Of a stretch of DNA of 64,000 nucleotides, positions 26,224 to 37,824 are shown in pieces (the first letter of the stretch is position 1; each line of letters opens with the position of its first letter). A model generated the notes under the pieces. That model saw only the letters and a list, made by a program, of their open reading frames with translations, had not been told where the DNA came from and ran no database searches. A program made the translations under genes and the position numbers. The stretch lies in NCBI RefSeq assembly GCF_000027125.1, contig NC_017626.1; one strand, written 5' to 3'. The DNA comes from Escherichia coli 042 (GTDB lineage: Bacteria; Pseudomonadota; Gammaproteobacteria; Enterobacterales; Enterobacteriaceae).

Positions 26224-28145
26224 TCATCCTCTCCGGATAAGGCACGGGCGTAATCTGCCAGTGTTTTCTTGTTGGTTGCTGCACCATCCTCTTCCTGCAG
26301 GCTCGCCAGCAGTGCACTGAGATCCAGCTGCCAGCGGGAAATACTGATGCGCAGCGCCGCCAGCGCATAAACGAAGCAGTCGAGCGCCTCATTGCGTCGC
26401 TTTTTGCTGTCCCACAGTATTTTTTTCCTGCCATCCACCCATTTTTCGACCTGCTCTTCAGCAGTCAGCTGCTGCGCTTCGGTCAGATCAAAAATATCCG
26501 GGTTATTCGGGAAGTGAACGGCACCGGGAAGCGGTTCATCCCCTTCCGGCGTCAGTGTGAAGCGGTTATAAATCTGCTCTTTCGCGGTATCCGTACCGAT
26601 TTCGGTAAGGTAAACCCCGTTTTTGTTTCGCTTACGAGGCATGCTGGCCACCGGCTTACCGTAGACGGATGCCCCTTTAATGGGGATCACCCGGAACAGC
26701 CCATGCTTTTTCGAGCGTTCATACACAATGGTCGGGTCAATCCCGCCAATATCCCAGCAGATACGGGATATCGACATTTCTGCACCATTCCGGCGGGTAT
26801 AGGTTTTATTGATGGCCTCATCCACACGCAGCAGCGTCTGTTCATCGTCGTGGCGGCCCATAATAATCTGCCGATCAATCAGCCAGCTTTCCTCACCCGG
26901 CCCCCATCCCCATACGCGCATTTCGTAGCGATCCAGCTGGGAGTCGATACCGGCGGTCAGGTAAGCCACACGGTCAGGAACGGGCGCTGAATAATGCTCT
27001 TTCCGCTCTGCCATCACTTCAGCATCCGGACGTTCGCCAATTTTCGCCTCCCACGTCTCACCGAGCGTGGTGTTTACGAAGGTTTTACGTTTTCCCGTAT
27101 CCCCTTTCGTTTTCATCCAGTCTTTGACAATCTGCACCCAGGTGGTGAACGGGCTGTACGCTGTCCAGATGTGAAAGGTCACACTGTCAGGTGGCTCAAT
27201 CTCTTCACCGGATGACGAAAACCAGAGAATGCCATCACGGGTCCAGATCCCGGTCTTTTCGCAGATATAACGGGCATCAGTAAAGTCCAGCTCCTGCTGG
27301 CGGATGACGCAGGCATTATGCTCGCAGAGATAAAACACGCTGGAGGGGTCATCCGGCGTCCATTTGAGGCCAAACGGCGTCTCTTTGTCGCCAAATTTAA
27401 GATACTGCTCCTCCCCGCAGTGCGGGCAGACAACATGAAAACGCATAAAATGCGGGGATTCACTGGCTGCACGCTCAATCTGGCAGGTGCCTCTCACTTT
27501 GGGCGTGGAGCCACGGATGGACTTTGGCCAGACCGAGCCTTCAATACGTTTGTCGCCAAGGAACGTCGGAGAGCCTTCCTGTTCAATATCCTCATCAAAG
27601 GCAGCAAGTTCATCATAACCCGCCACATCCACCGACTTTTCACGGTAGTTTTTTGCCGCTTTACCGCCCAGGCACCAGAAGCCACGACCATTGGTAAAAC
27701 GCTTCATGGTGAGCGTGTTATCCCGGTGCTTTTTGCCATACCACGGTGCCAGCGCCAGCAGCGACGGAATATCACGGATAGTCGGCTCAACGTGGGTTTT
27801 CATAAAGTTCTCGGCATCACCATCCGTCGGCAACCAGATAAGGGTGTTGCGCTGCTTATGCTCTATGAAGTAGGCATAAACACCCAACAGCATTTTGGAA
27901 TAACCGACACGGGCAGACTTCACCACATTCACCTCACGGATGTAGTCGCTGCCCATCGCATTCATGATGGCCCGCTGAAAGGGCAGTGTTTCCCAGCGCC
28001 CTTCCTGGTATGCGGATTCTTTCGGGAGATAGTAATTGGCATCCGCCCATTCAACGGCGGTCTGTGGCTCCGGCCTGAACAGTGAGCGAAGCCCGGCGCG
28101 GACAAAATGCCGCAGCCTGTTAACCTGACTGTTCGATATATTCAC
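26220..28145 (-). CDS. A: terminase large subunit A
   Basis: 641 aa, same length as lambda gpA. Confidence 0.95.
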
Positions 28146-28665
28146 TCAGCAACCCCGGTATCAGTTCATCCAGCGCGGCTGCTTTGTTCATGGCTTTGAT
28201 GATATCCCGTTTCAGGAAATCAACATGTCGGTTTTCCAGTTCCGGAAAACGCCGCTGCACCGACAGGGGGATCCCGTCGAGAATACTGGCAATTTCACCT
28301 GCGATCCGCGACAGCACGAAAGTACAGAATGCGGTTTCCACCACTTCAGCGGAGTCTCTGGCATTTTTCAGCTCCTGTGCGTCGGCCTGCGCACGCGTAA
28401 GTCGATGGCGTTCGTACTCAATAGTTCCTGGCTGGAGATCTGCCTCGCTGGCCTGCCGCAGTTCTTCAACCTCCCGGCGCAGCTTTTCGTTCTCAATTTC
28501 AGCATCCCTTTCGGCATACCATTTTATGACGGCGGCAGAGTCATAAAGCACCTCATTACCCTTGCCACCGCCTCGCAGAACGGGCATTCCCTGTTCCTGC
28601 CAGTTCTGAATGGTACGGATACTCGCACCGAAAATGTCAGCCAGCTGCTTTTTGTTGACTTCCAT
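28120..28665 (-). CDS. nu1: terminase small subunit Nu1
   Basis: 181 aa MEVNKKQLADIFGASIRTIQNWQEQGMPV... as in lambda Nu1. Confidence 0.9.
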   Translation of the reverse strand: MEVNKKQLADIFGASIRTIQNWQEQGMPVLRGGGKGNEVLYDSAAVIKWYAERDAEIENEKLRREVEELRQASEADLQPGTIEYERHRLTRAQADAQELKNARDSAEVVETAFCTFVLSRIAGEIASILDGIPLSVQRRFPELENRHVDFLKRDIIKAMNKAAALDELIPGLLSEYIEQSG

Positions 28666-28669
28666 TGTT

Positions 28670-28900
28670 CATTCCACGGACAAAAACAGAGAAAGGAAAC
28701 GACAGAGGCCAAAAAGCTCGCTTTCAGCACCTGTCGTTTCCTTTCTTTTCAGAGGGTATTTTAAATAAAAACATTAAGTTATGACGAAGAAGAACGGAAA
28801 CGCCTTAAACCGGAAAATTTTCATAAATAGCGAAAACCCGCGAGGTCGCCGCCCCGTAACCTGTCGGATCACCGGAAAGGACCCGTAAAGTGATAATGAT
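28670..28900 (-). other. cos region; cosN 12-nt cohesive end at 28843..28854
   Basis: Reverse complement of 28661..28854 matches the lambda left end (GGGCGGCGACCTCGCGGGTTTTCGCTATTTATGAAAATTTTCCGG...) as I remember it, directly upstream of nu1. Confidence 0.8.
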
Positions 28901-29053
28901 TATCATCTACATATCACAACGTGCGTGGAGGCCATCAAACCACGTCAAATAATCAATTATGACGCAGGTATCGTATTAATTGATCTGCATCAACTTAACG
29001 TAAAAACAACTTCAGACAATACAAATCAGCGACACTGAATACGGGGCAACCTC

Positions 29054-29287
29054 ATGTCAACGAAGAACAGAACCCGCAGAACAACAACCCGCAACATCCG
29101 CTTTCCTAACCAAATGATTGAACAAATTAACATCGCTCTTGAGCAAAAAGGGTCCGGGAATTTCTCAGCCTGGGTCATTGAAGCCTGCCGCCGGAGACTG
29201 TGCTCAGAAAAAAGAGTTTCTTCTGAAGCAAACAAAGAAAAGAGTGACATTACTGAATTGCTCAGAAAACAGGTCAGACCAGATTGA
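29054..29287 (+). CDS. hypothetical 77-aa protein, possible ribbon-helix-helix DNA-binding fold
   Basis: ORF with basic N-terminus (MSTKNRTRRTTTRNIRFPNQMIEQINIALEQKGSG...) about 200 bp beyond cos. Confidence 0.4.
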   Translation: MSTKNRTRRTTTRNIRFPNQMIEQINIALEQKGSGNFSAWVIEACRRRLCSEKRVSSEANKEKSDITELLRKQVRPD

Positions 29288-29344
29288 AGCAATTTAGATA
29301 ATCGTGCAGACTACGCCCCCTCATATCACATGGAAGGTTTATCT

Positions 29345-29755
29345 ATGGATCAGGTAGTCATTTTTAAACAAATATTTGATAAAGTTCGAAACGATTTAAA
29401 CTATCAATGGTTTTATTCTGAGCTAAAACGTCACAATGTCTCACATTACATTTACTATTTAGCCACAGAGAATGTTCATATTGTATTAAAAAATGATAAT
29501 ACAGTGTTATTAAAGGGCCTAAAAAACATTGTGTCTGTCAAATTTTCAAAGGATAGGCATCTTATAGAAACGACCTCTAATAAGCTGAAATCCAGAGAGA
29601 TCACATTTCAGGAATACAGAAGAAACCTTGCTAAAGCAGGAGTTTTTCGGTGGGTTACAAATATCCACGAACAAAAAAGATATTACTATACCTTTGATAA
29701 TTCATTACTATTTACTGAAAGCATCCAGAAAACTACACAGATCTTACCACGCTAA
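29345..29755 (+). CDS. ydfO: DUF1398-family prophage protein YdfO
   Basis: ORF 29330..29755; start chosen at [11 protein letters not shown]... for ~136 aa; synteny with Qin ydfO-gnsB. Confidence 0.7.
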
Positions 29756-29906
29756 ACCATAACGTCCGGCTTCTCTCACTCCTGAGCCGGACTGCATTGG
29801 TTTAATAAAAACCATCAACAATTGTGATTTAGATATTCGGAACCATTCAAATATAACAAAACCCCGTAAAAACGAGGTTTATGGATAAATTTTATTATTG
29901 AATACA

Positions 29907-30083
29907 TCAGATTAAATTAATCTTGACATCATAGCTTTCAAGACCCGTCATTTTTTCCCGTGCGGTAAACTGAATACTGGTAACTTCTTTCCCGGTCTTT
30001 TTCTTAAGTTCAATAATTTTTTTTGTTATATATTCAGAAATATCTGCTTCTGCTTTTGTTTTTAAGTTTTCAATATTCATCAT
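29907..30083 (-). CDS. gnsB: Gns-family protein (GnsB-like), 58 aa
   Basis: Manual translation MMNIENLKTKAEADISEYITKKIIELKKKTGKEVTSIQFTAREKMTGLESYDVKINLI; below ORF-track cutoff. Confidence 0.7.
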   Translation of the reverse strand: MMNIENLKTKAEADISEYITKKIIELKKKTGKEVTSIQFTAREKMTGLESYDVKINLI

Positions 30084-30251
30084 TTCCTCTTTTAGTCTGT
30101 TATGACTTTCCAGTTACACAGTAAGTCGATTATATGGTGCAAACGTGTAAAAGATAAGATGAAACATCGCAATAATCAACATACGATAGTCTAAATTTTA
30201 CACAAACAGACAAAGAGAATTTTCCTGAATTATCAATGCAATAGCATCAAA

Positions 30252-30482
30252 TTAACTCAAGAGCCTTATTGCTGCTTCCAGAATTTCTTCTGAAGTAACA
30301 TGTCGATCCGCGGCTACATAAATGACTTTATGATCTCCGGTCAGAGATGGAAACCCTGCGGCCATTACAGTAAGGTGTGTTTTTTCGCCATTTGGATATT
30401 CACGCATGATGGTGTTAACTCCAGTCATCGCTGGCACTACCACTGCTGGTTCAGAGTTAAAAAAAACTATGATTTTTTTCAT
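30252..30482 (-). CDS. ynfN: small prophage protein, YnfN-like (start uncertain; 51-76 aa)
   Basis: ORF 30252..30524; position between gnsB and cspI as in Qin; internal Met starts would give 51 or 76 aa. Confidence 0.45.
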   Translation of the reverse strand: MKKIIVFFNSEPAVVVPAMTGVNTIMREYPNGEKTHLTVMAAGFPSLTGDHKVIYVAADRHVTSEEILEAAIRLLS

Positions 30483-30753
30483 GATGTTACCGTAGTATGT
30501 GAGTATCCATCGAATAGACACCAAGCAAAAAAGCTCCCGAAGGAGCCTTCATTTTCACTTTTTTAAATCCAACGACAGACGGCTGGCATTTAAGTATTGT
30601 GAAATATTATCAAATGTAATCATCATTGATTTACAAAAGATACATTTTGCCCCGAAAGGATTCATGTCAGAAACATCAAAAGATGATGTTCTATACTGGG
30701 AACCATGACAACACGGGCATCTAAAGTGAATATGGTTTGTAATATTGTCTACC

Positions 30754-30966
30754 TCAAAGCGCCACTACATGAACAGCGGCAGGACCTTTAGGTCCGTTCT
30801 CAATACCAAATTCAACTTCCTGATTCTCAGTTAATGTTTTGAAATCGTTGCTCTGAATTGCTGAGAAATGGACAAACACATCTTTGCTGCCATCTTTCGG
30901 CGTGATGAAACCAAAACCTTTTTCAGGGTTAAACCATTTCACTAAACCAGTCATTGTGTTAGACAT
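30754..30966 (-). CDS. cspI: cold-shock protein CspI
   Basis: 70-aa CSD protein [38 protein letters not shown]... Confidence 0.9.
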   Translation of the reverse strand: MSNTMTGLVKWFNPEKGFGFITPKDGSKDVFVHFSAIQSNDFKTLTENQEVEFGIENGPKGPAAVHVVAL

Positions 30967-31328
30967 AATTATTACCTTTTGAAGAAATTAGCCCTTGGGC
31001 AGAATGGTCCGAAAAAAAATATCAGAGAGAAAAACCAACAAGGAAATCTCAAGAGGTACAAATAATAAAATTATAACAATGACTGCTTCAGATAAATTTG
31101 TAACAAACCAGAACACCATTAACGCATGATTAACCACCCATAGCAAGGATTACTTTTGTAAAGAAAAACACAGCAATGAAAGAATAGCTTTATTTATTAA
31201 TAAAACGTGTCATTCTGATTAAGACCTTTTATCTTACCCTTAAGATTTCAGGAATTTTGGCTCATGGAAGAGTCCTTTTTATTTAAATTTTACATTCCGC
31301 GATGTAAATGTTCCGATTTAATATTACC

Positions 31329-32244
<916 letters not shown>

Positions 32245-32248
<4 letters not shown>

Positions 32249-32556
32249 AGATATTTATGATGAGGACGCTCGTGCTTATTGGCAGGATTTTCAATCTTAA
32301 AGGAGTACTGATGCTGCAGATAAGACTCAACTTTTTCTGACAATTTTTCTGCTACTTCCAGGAAGACTTGCCGGACGCTCCTTCTGGCTGCTGCCTCATA
32401 AAACTCCAGCGCAGCTCCTTCAACACGGTCCATGGCGACATCTAGGTCAAAAATTTCACCGTCAAAGCGTTCTTTGTCCTGTAAGGCTACAGTTACCGTA
32501 ACTTTATTCTCAAAATTACGGACTCCTTTCACAACCAGTTCATAGTCTTGAGTCAT
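32245..32556 (-). CDS. ydfR: DUF1327-family prophage protein YdfR
   Basis: 103-aa ORF between holin and endolysin as in Qin. Confidence 0.75.
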
Positions 32557-32560
32557 TGGA

Positions 32561-32776
32561 TTACTCTCCTCTCGCAGCCTTACGCCTGTCTTCTTTAATC
32601 TTGAAATAAAGATTTGTCAGATACGTCAGCAGGCCAAAAACCAGGCTACCCAGCACACCGATTGCAGCCCACTGTGACGGAGTTACTTTATCGAGTAACT
32701 GCAATGCCCAGAAACCAGCATTACCCGCCGATGTGCCATAGGCAACACCTGTTGTTAACTTATCCATTGATTTCAT
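32561..32776 (-). CDS. essQ: class II holin (phage 21 S-like), dual-start MKSMDK
   Basis: ORF 32561..32851; start chosen at [28 protein letters not shown]... (71 aa) with two TM segments. Confidence 0.85.
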   Translation of the reverse strand: MKSMDKLTTGVAYGTSAGNAGFWALQLLDKVTPSQWAAIGVLGSLVFGLLTYLTNLYFKIKEDRRKAARGE

Positions 32777-32995
32777 ATCCTCACCCCGATGTACACGGAT
32801 GGTGCAATATGTTTGAAAAGATCGGAGTCTACGGGGTAGTTTTGACAGCACACGTTGTTCTCAACGGCGCTAAAAAAACATACACATTAAAAATGTGGGT
32901 AATTATTTTGAAAGAAAGTCATATATAAAATAATAATACGAGAAATGTTTTCATATTTAGTGTACTGTATACGGCCATTTATACAGGAAAAGCCT

Positions 32996-33166
32996 ATGTC
33001 AGAACGTAAAAACTCAAAATCACGCCGTAATTATCTCGTTAAATGTTCCTGCCCAAACTGCACCCAAGAGTCAGAACACAGTTTTTCAAGAGTACAAAAA
33101 GGTGCCCTTTTGATCTGCCCTCATTGCAACAAAGTATTCCAGACAAATCTTAAAGCTGTAGCCTGA
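32996..33166 (+). CDS. hypothetical 56-aa zinc-ribbon protein (CPNC...CPHC)
   Basis: ORF 32945..33166; internal ATG with AGGAAA SD gives MSERKNSKSRRNYLVKCSCPNCTQESEHSFSRVQKGALLICPHCNKVFQTNLKAVA. Confidence 0.45.
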   Translation: MSERKNSKSRRNYLVKCSCPNCTQESEHSFSRVQKGALLICPHCNKVFQTNLKAVA

Positions 33167-33223
33167 TTGATTTTATTAGTAACAAGTATTTTTTATATTT
33201 TAATAATATATTTAAAGCAGATA

Positions 33224-33250
33224 ATAAAAAACCCGCCTGAGCGGGTTTGA
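33224..33250. terminator. hairpin (acccgcctgagcgggt) with flanking A/T runs; candidate bidirectional terminator or late-operon tR'
   Basis: Perfect 6-bp GC-rich stem flanked by AAAAAA upstream and T-rich sequence downstream. Confidence 0.4.
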
Positions 33251-33529
33251 GATTGTGGTGCTTTTTGTGGGAGTCATCCACTTACGCACTTTGTTTTGCC
33301 ATGCCAGCAGTTAGCTTCTGCTGTAAAACTATTCATGCAGCAAACCTGCACTTCACCACAATGGTTAGCATACTTTTCCTGATTAAGATTTTGCCAAATA
33401 TGCTAGCCATTGTTTCATGTATTGGACCTCCTTACTTTTTATTAAAGAGATCCAATATTCACTACTCTGTCCGTATCTCTACTCAGGCATCAGCCTTCTT
33501 CGTTATCGTATACAGACGAGCGATGAATT

Positions 33530-33745
33530 TTAATCAGTAATGATGACATTTGCTGCTGCAGGACCTTTAGCACCACTCTCTATAGAGAAGGTAACCTTTT
33601 GACCTTCAAATAAGGTTCGATAATTATCATTCTGAATCGCAGAAAAATGCACAAACACATCTTTACTACCATCAACAGGAGAAATAAAGCCGAAACCTTT
33701 ATCAGCGTTAAACCATTTTACTAAACCAGTCATTTTATTTGACAT
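33530..33745 (-). CDS. cspB: cold-shock protein CspB
   Basis: 71-aa CSD protein [34 protein letters not shown]... Confidence 0.9.
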   Translation of the reverse strand: MSNKMTGLVKWFNADKGFGFISPVDGSKDVFVHFSAIQNDNYRTLFEGQKVTFSIESGAKGPAAANVIITD

Positions 33746-34045
33746 TCTACATTCCTTAACTTGAGCCTTTCGGCATAAATGGTTTGCATAACAGAAACGA
33801 CTTCGTACTTAATTGGAGAGACTCAAAGAAGGAATAAGTGAATAACACCTGAAATGAGAACTGCTTTAGTAAACTACTTCGTATATCGTCTGTTCTTCAA
33901 ACCGACGCAATCATTAACGCATAGTTGAACATATGAAGCAATGTTTATTTTAGACATCCAGCCATCTTCAACCCCATCAAAAAACTATAGCTTTCTTCAG
34001 GAACGTGTGTATAGTGCGCCAAGTTATCAGTATTAAGGAATTTTT

Positions 34046-34258
34046 TTGTCCCGTAAAATGACAGGAATTGTCAAAACCTTTGACGGCAAAAGCGGCAAGG
34101 GTCTTATCACCCCATCCGATGGTCGTATCGATGTCCAGCTTCATGTTTCAGCGCTCAATCTCCGCGATGCAGAAGAAATTACCACCGGATTACGCGTGGA
34201 ATTTTGCCGGATAAATGGTCTGCGTGGCCCTTCAGCTGCCAATGTTTACCTTTCATGA
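34046..34258 (+). CDS. cspF: cold-shock protein CspF
   Basis: 70-aa CSD-like protein [34 protein letters not shown]... Confidence 0.85.
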
Positions 34259-34549
34259 GCTATATTAAAGCTTTAATTTCAGGCCCCATCGGATCACACA
34301 TGGAGAGTTTTTATGAATAACCCCGTCTGTCTTGATGACTGGTTGATTGGCTTTAAAAGCTTATGCTGTACTTTGGCCGTAATAGCTCTGCTAATAATAT
34401 AATAAGCAGACTCATTGTGTTTAGGGACATTGTACTGGAAGAAAACATTTTAAACATCAGGCAAATAACCAAGTCACCAGCTAAATAATAAGTTAACAGA
34501 CATGAGTCCCGGGATGAGATTCAACATTACCATTGCCCCATTTAAAGCA

Positions 34550-34580
34550 CAAAACCCGCTCATCAGCGGGTTTTCTACTT
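34550..34580. terminator. hairpin plus T-run downstream of quuQ
   Basis: aaaacccgctcatcagcgggtttt stem-loop with T-rich flanks. Confidence 0.5.
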
Positions 34581-34679
34581 TTTCTTAACGTCGGGTATAC
34601 AAAGCCCATCGTTGAAAAAATTTTATCCATATTTTTTGAAAAATGCAAACATCATGTCGCCATCTTCAGCAAAAATCAT

Positions 34680-35432
34680 TTATCTCGTCACCTTCCTCAA
34701 TTGCGCTTCCGCGTATGCTTCTTCCTGCCAGCACTTTGTTACCAGTTTACCAATGACGTCCGCATACCCCTTATACCACTGATAATCGGTCAGGTCTGGT
34801 ACCAGCTTCTGGACATGACGTCGTGCCAGCGTGGTCGGTAAACGACTAAACCGGTTTCCATTACAACGCCCACAAATCTTATATACCGGTACGCCATGAA
34901 ACCGGGTTCTTTTTTCATCCAGAACAATCCCTTTACCCTTACACCCTCTGCACGCTGTGCTGGCTTCGCCCTTACCATGGCAATGCTGACATAGTTCCTT
35001 CACCCATTCTTCCTTGATTACAGATTCCCCGCGTCTGTAGTGTTTCACCACTTCGCGCAATACATTATAAAATCCCGTACCTGAACAATGCTCACAGCGA
35101 GCCTTACTTGCCGCAGACCTGGAGTAATCAGCAAAGGCAAAACTCACGAGGTAAGGAATAATCTGTAACCGGATTTCTTCACTCAATTTGTTCAATGTCG
35201 GGTTATCCAGTGCCATCGCGTAATTTAGCAGGCCTTCAATCGCAAACTGAGGGTCCTGAACACCAACTTTTGCCAGAAATAAGGCCAACCCAAGTGGTGC
35301 TTTCGACTGCACCATCCCCTGCGCTGCCATTACATCCGTAATTGTTAAACAACCGGTGCCTGTCGCTGGAGCGTCATCGCTCAATTTTGGAGATTTTGGG
35401 GAGTAATATTTTGGTAAGGCTTCAAGGTTCAT
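34680..35432 (-). CDS. quuQ: late-gene antiterminator Q
   Basis: ORF 34680..35462; start chosen at MNLEALPKYYSPK... (250 aa); Cys-rich zinc-binding region; synteny. Confidence 0.85.
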   Translation of the reverse strand: MNLEALPKYYSPKSPKLSDDAPATGTGCLTITDVMAAQGMVQSKAPLGLALFLAKVGVQDPQFAIEGLLNYAMALDNPTLNKLSEEIRLQIIPYLVSFAFADYSRSAASKARCEHCSGTGFYNVLREVVKHYRRGESVIKEEWVKELCQHCHGKGEASTACRGCKGKGIVLDEKRTRFHGVPVYKICGRCNGNRFSRLPTTLARRHVQKLVPDLTDYQWYKGYADVIGKLVTKCWQEEAYAEAQLRKVTR

Positions 35433-35445
35433 GCTCGTTCTCCAC

Positions 35446-36534
35446 TTACGCCAGTACGCCAATTGCCAGCGCGCGATCGATAAAACGAAATATCAGCTCC
35501 AGTTGGGAGCCATACTTATCTTCAAATGCCACTGTATCCGTATGCAGCTCGTTGTGATGCTTTCTGCACAAAGGCAACACAAAGAGATCATGTGCTTTTG
35601 TTCCCATTCCGCCCTGCCCGTGACCAATCAGATGATGCGGATCGTCGGCTGGCATACCGCAGCAAGCACACGGCTGTGTCTTAACCCAACGTGTGTATTT
35701 CTCCTTAACCCAGCGGCGACGTTTAGGCAGCTTCATGAAAGATTCCGGAGACTCTGGATCAACGGTGATGCTTACCACCGTCTTTTCCTGTGGTGATTTT
35801 TGTTGCTGGTGGGCGTAAGGCAACGGTGCAAGATTTTTTGTGCGTTGTTTCAATATGCTGGTGGCGGTCTGCTCTCCCGGTACGATGTCGCTTTCGCGGT
35901 ACACCGAGCAGATTTTTTCCGCTGGTAATCCCAGCGAACGACGCGATACAGCCTCAGGTAGTGCATCCACCACCTGATTGCAGACCGCCCACCAGGATAA
36001 TTCAGCCAAAGATAATTCCCGCTCCTGCGTACCGCTTATTGCGTGACGGATGACGTCAATCACCCATGCTGTCAGATTTTGTTGAGCAAGCAGCTCCAGT
36101 GATTCCGATGTCTGGTCACGCAGTTGGTTGTCGCAGTGCCAGCACAACACCATTGCGCCGGTACCATAACGGTGAATGACTGTTTCAGTGTGATGGTAAT
36201 CGCCATTAGGCCACTGGCAGGATGTAACATGACGTAATAGCCAGTCGGACAATGCGCCAACGCCGCCAGCAGCACGAATCACCCGTTCGTTACTAAAAAA
36301 CGGCAGCAATGTTTTGTCTTCCGCCAGCGGCTGGCGAACGGCAGGAACGACTCCGGATGGCAGATTACGCATGCTTTTTGGTTCCGGTTCCACCAGCACT
36401 CGAGGATTATGAAATATCTGTATGGATTCACGGCCCGGCTTAAGGACCACCAGCCCAAGCTCAGGCACCAGAACAGGTCTAAGTAATACCCGCACGTTAC
36501 CTCCAGATCCGTTGCTGGAAAGTGCGGGACGCAC
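35446..36534 (-). CDS. ydfU: DUF968-family prophage protein YdfU
   Basis: 362-aa ORF with C-terminal HNH-like Cys/His cluster (CACCGMPADDPHHLIGHG...CRKHHNELH); synteny. Confidence 0.75.
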   Translation of the reverse strand: MRPALSSNGSGGNVRVLLRPVLVPELGLVVLKPGRESIQIFHNPRVLVEPEPKSMRNLPSGVVPAVRQPLAEDKTLLPFFSNERVIRAAGGVGALSDWLLRHVTSCQWPNGDYHHTETVIHRYGTGAMVLCWHCDNQLRDQTSESLELLAQQNLTAWVIDVIRHAISGTQERELSLAELSWWAVCNQVVDALPEAVSRRSLGLPAEKICSVYRESDIVPGEQTATSILKQRTKNLAPLPYAHQQQKSPQEKTVVSITVDPESPESFMKLPKRRRWVKEKYTRWVKTQPCACCGMPADDPHHLIGHGQGGMGTKAHDLFVLPLCRKHHNELHTDTVAFEDKYGSQLELIFRFIDRALAIGVLA

Positions 36535-36775
36535 GTGGTGGGCGTTCGGAATAAGGCAGCCTGACAGAGATTATCCAGTGCCGATAGTCGAGACTGAGAG
36601 CTTTCTTAACCTCGAACCCGCGCCTGCGGTAAGAATGAATCAGCCATTCGGCCTGTTCTGCAGTGCATGGAGGGTGCTGGAACCATTCAGACTTGAATGC
36701 GTGAGAATACCGCCCGTGCGTGCAGGCAAGAACGGGCGAATTATCAGAATTGTAATATTTTGCGTTGCGTGCCAT
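36497..36775 (-). CDS. rem: small prophage protein Rem
   Basis: 92-aa ORF; position between ydfU and hokD as in Qin; start uncertain. Confidence 0.5.
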   Translation of the reverse strand: MARNAKYYNSDNSPVLACTHGRYSHAFKSEWFQHPPCTAEQAEWLIHSYRRRGFEVKKALSLDYRHWIISVRLPYSERPPRASRTFQQRIWR

Positions 36776-36841
36776 CGGTTTTCTCCGGTGGCACGGTGTT
36801 ACTCAGCGGGAGTTCAGCCCCGCGCAAGATTGTAGATGAGT

Positions 36842-37093
36842 TTATTCTCCTGAAAAAGCAGAAAAGCCAGCTTTTATTCCGATCTCTTTCAATGCCTGTA
36901 ATGAAGTGACAAACTCACCTTCGCGCAAGATAAATCCGTCCGTGACCCGAGCATCCACAAAATTAATTAACGCAGCCCCATTCTTTCGCAAACACATAAT
37001 GCGGTAATGACTAACAAGATTTCCATTTTCAACGCACACAGCATAGAGGCCATCTTCACAAAAAATTTTACGCAGTTCTTCGATGTTCATCAT
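36842..37093 (-). CDS. hypothetical 83-aa protein
   Basis: ORF MMNIEELRKIFCEDGLYAVCVENGNLVSHYRIMCLRKNGAALINFVDARVTDGFILREGEF...; between the relBEF terminator and rem. Confidence 0.4.
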   Translation of the reverse strand: MMNIEELRKIFCEDGLYAVCVENGNLVSHYRIMCLRKNGAALINFVDARVTDGFILREGEFVTSLQALKEIGIKAGFSAFSGE

Positions 37094-37214
37094 CAGAATC
37101 CTTCCGGATAATTAGCTCTCCCCTTTAAGGGACCATCCCTCTTATCCCTGCGCGCTACTTAAGTATTTTTGATTCTATTCCGGCACCGTCCAGAACTTCA
37201 AACGCGTTGAAAAT

Positions 37215-37245
37215 AAAAACAAAAACCCGCCGAAGCGGGTTAAGT
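37215..37245 (-). terminator. rho-independent terminator of the relB-relE-hokD operon
   Basis: Minus-strand hairpin aacccgcttcggcgggtt followed by TTTGTTTTTATTTTC. Confidence 0.6.
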
Positions 37246-37309
37246 GCGGGTGCGTTGAGGATGCCTGCCACATCAGAGGTGGCGAGGGATTTCTCCCCCG
37301 CCGGGTCTC

Positions 37310-37465
37310 TTACTCCTCAGGTTCGTAAGCTGTGAAGACAGCGACCTCCGTCTGGCCGGTTCGGATTCGTACCTCGCAGAGGTCTTTCCTCGTTACCAGT
37401 GCCGTCACTATGACGGTTAAACAGATGACGATCAGGGCGATTAACATCGCCTTTTGCTGCTTCAT
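37310..37465 (-). CDS. hokD: type I toxin HokD (RelF), 51 aa
   Basis: Manual translation MKQQKAMLIALIVICLTVIVTALVTRKDLCEVRIRTGQTEVAVFTAYEPEE; below ORF-track cutoff. Confidence 0.85.
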   Translation of the reverse strand: MKQQKAMLIALIVICLTVIVTALVTRKDLCEVRIRTGQTEVAVFTAYEPEE

Positions 37466-37536
37466 AGCCTGCTTCTCCTGTCAACGCAAAGCAGAAGTGT
37501 CACCTTCGGTGCGAAACAGAGATGTCATGCTTTGGT

Positions 37537-37824
37537 TCAGAGAATGCGTTTGACCGCCTCGCTATATACTTCCGAGCGTTCTCTTTTCCCAACAGAAATC
37601 ACGAAAACGACAACTTTCTCGTCTATAACCTGGTATACAAGGCGATAGCCTGAAGACCGGAGCTTAATCTTGTAACAATCAGGCATACCACGGAGCTTGT
37701 TTGCTTCAATCCGGGGTGACTCAAGTACTTCAACCAGCTTCTTTTTCAACTGTTCACGTACCGTCGAGCCCAGCTTTCGCCATTCCTTTAGTGCCCGCTC
37801 GTCAAAATCCAGAAAATACGCCAT
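37537..37824 (-). CDS. relE: type II toxin RelE (mRNA interferase)
   Basis: 95-aa ORF MAYFLDFDERALKEWRKLGSTVREQLKKKL... Confidence 0.9.
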   Translation of the reverse strand: MAYFLDFDERALKEWRKLGSTVREQLKKKLVEVLESPRIEANKLRGMPDCYKIKLRSSGYRLVYQVIDEKVVVFVISVGKRERSEVYSEAVKRIL

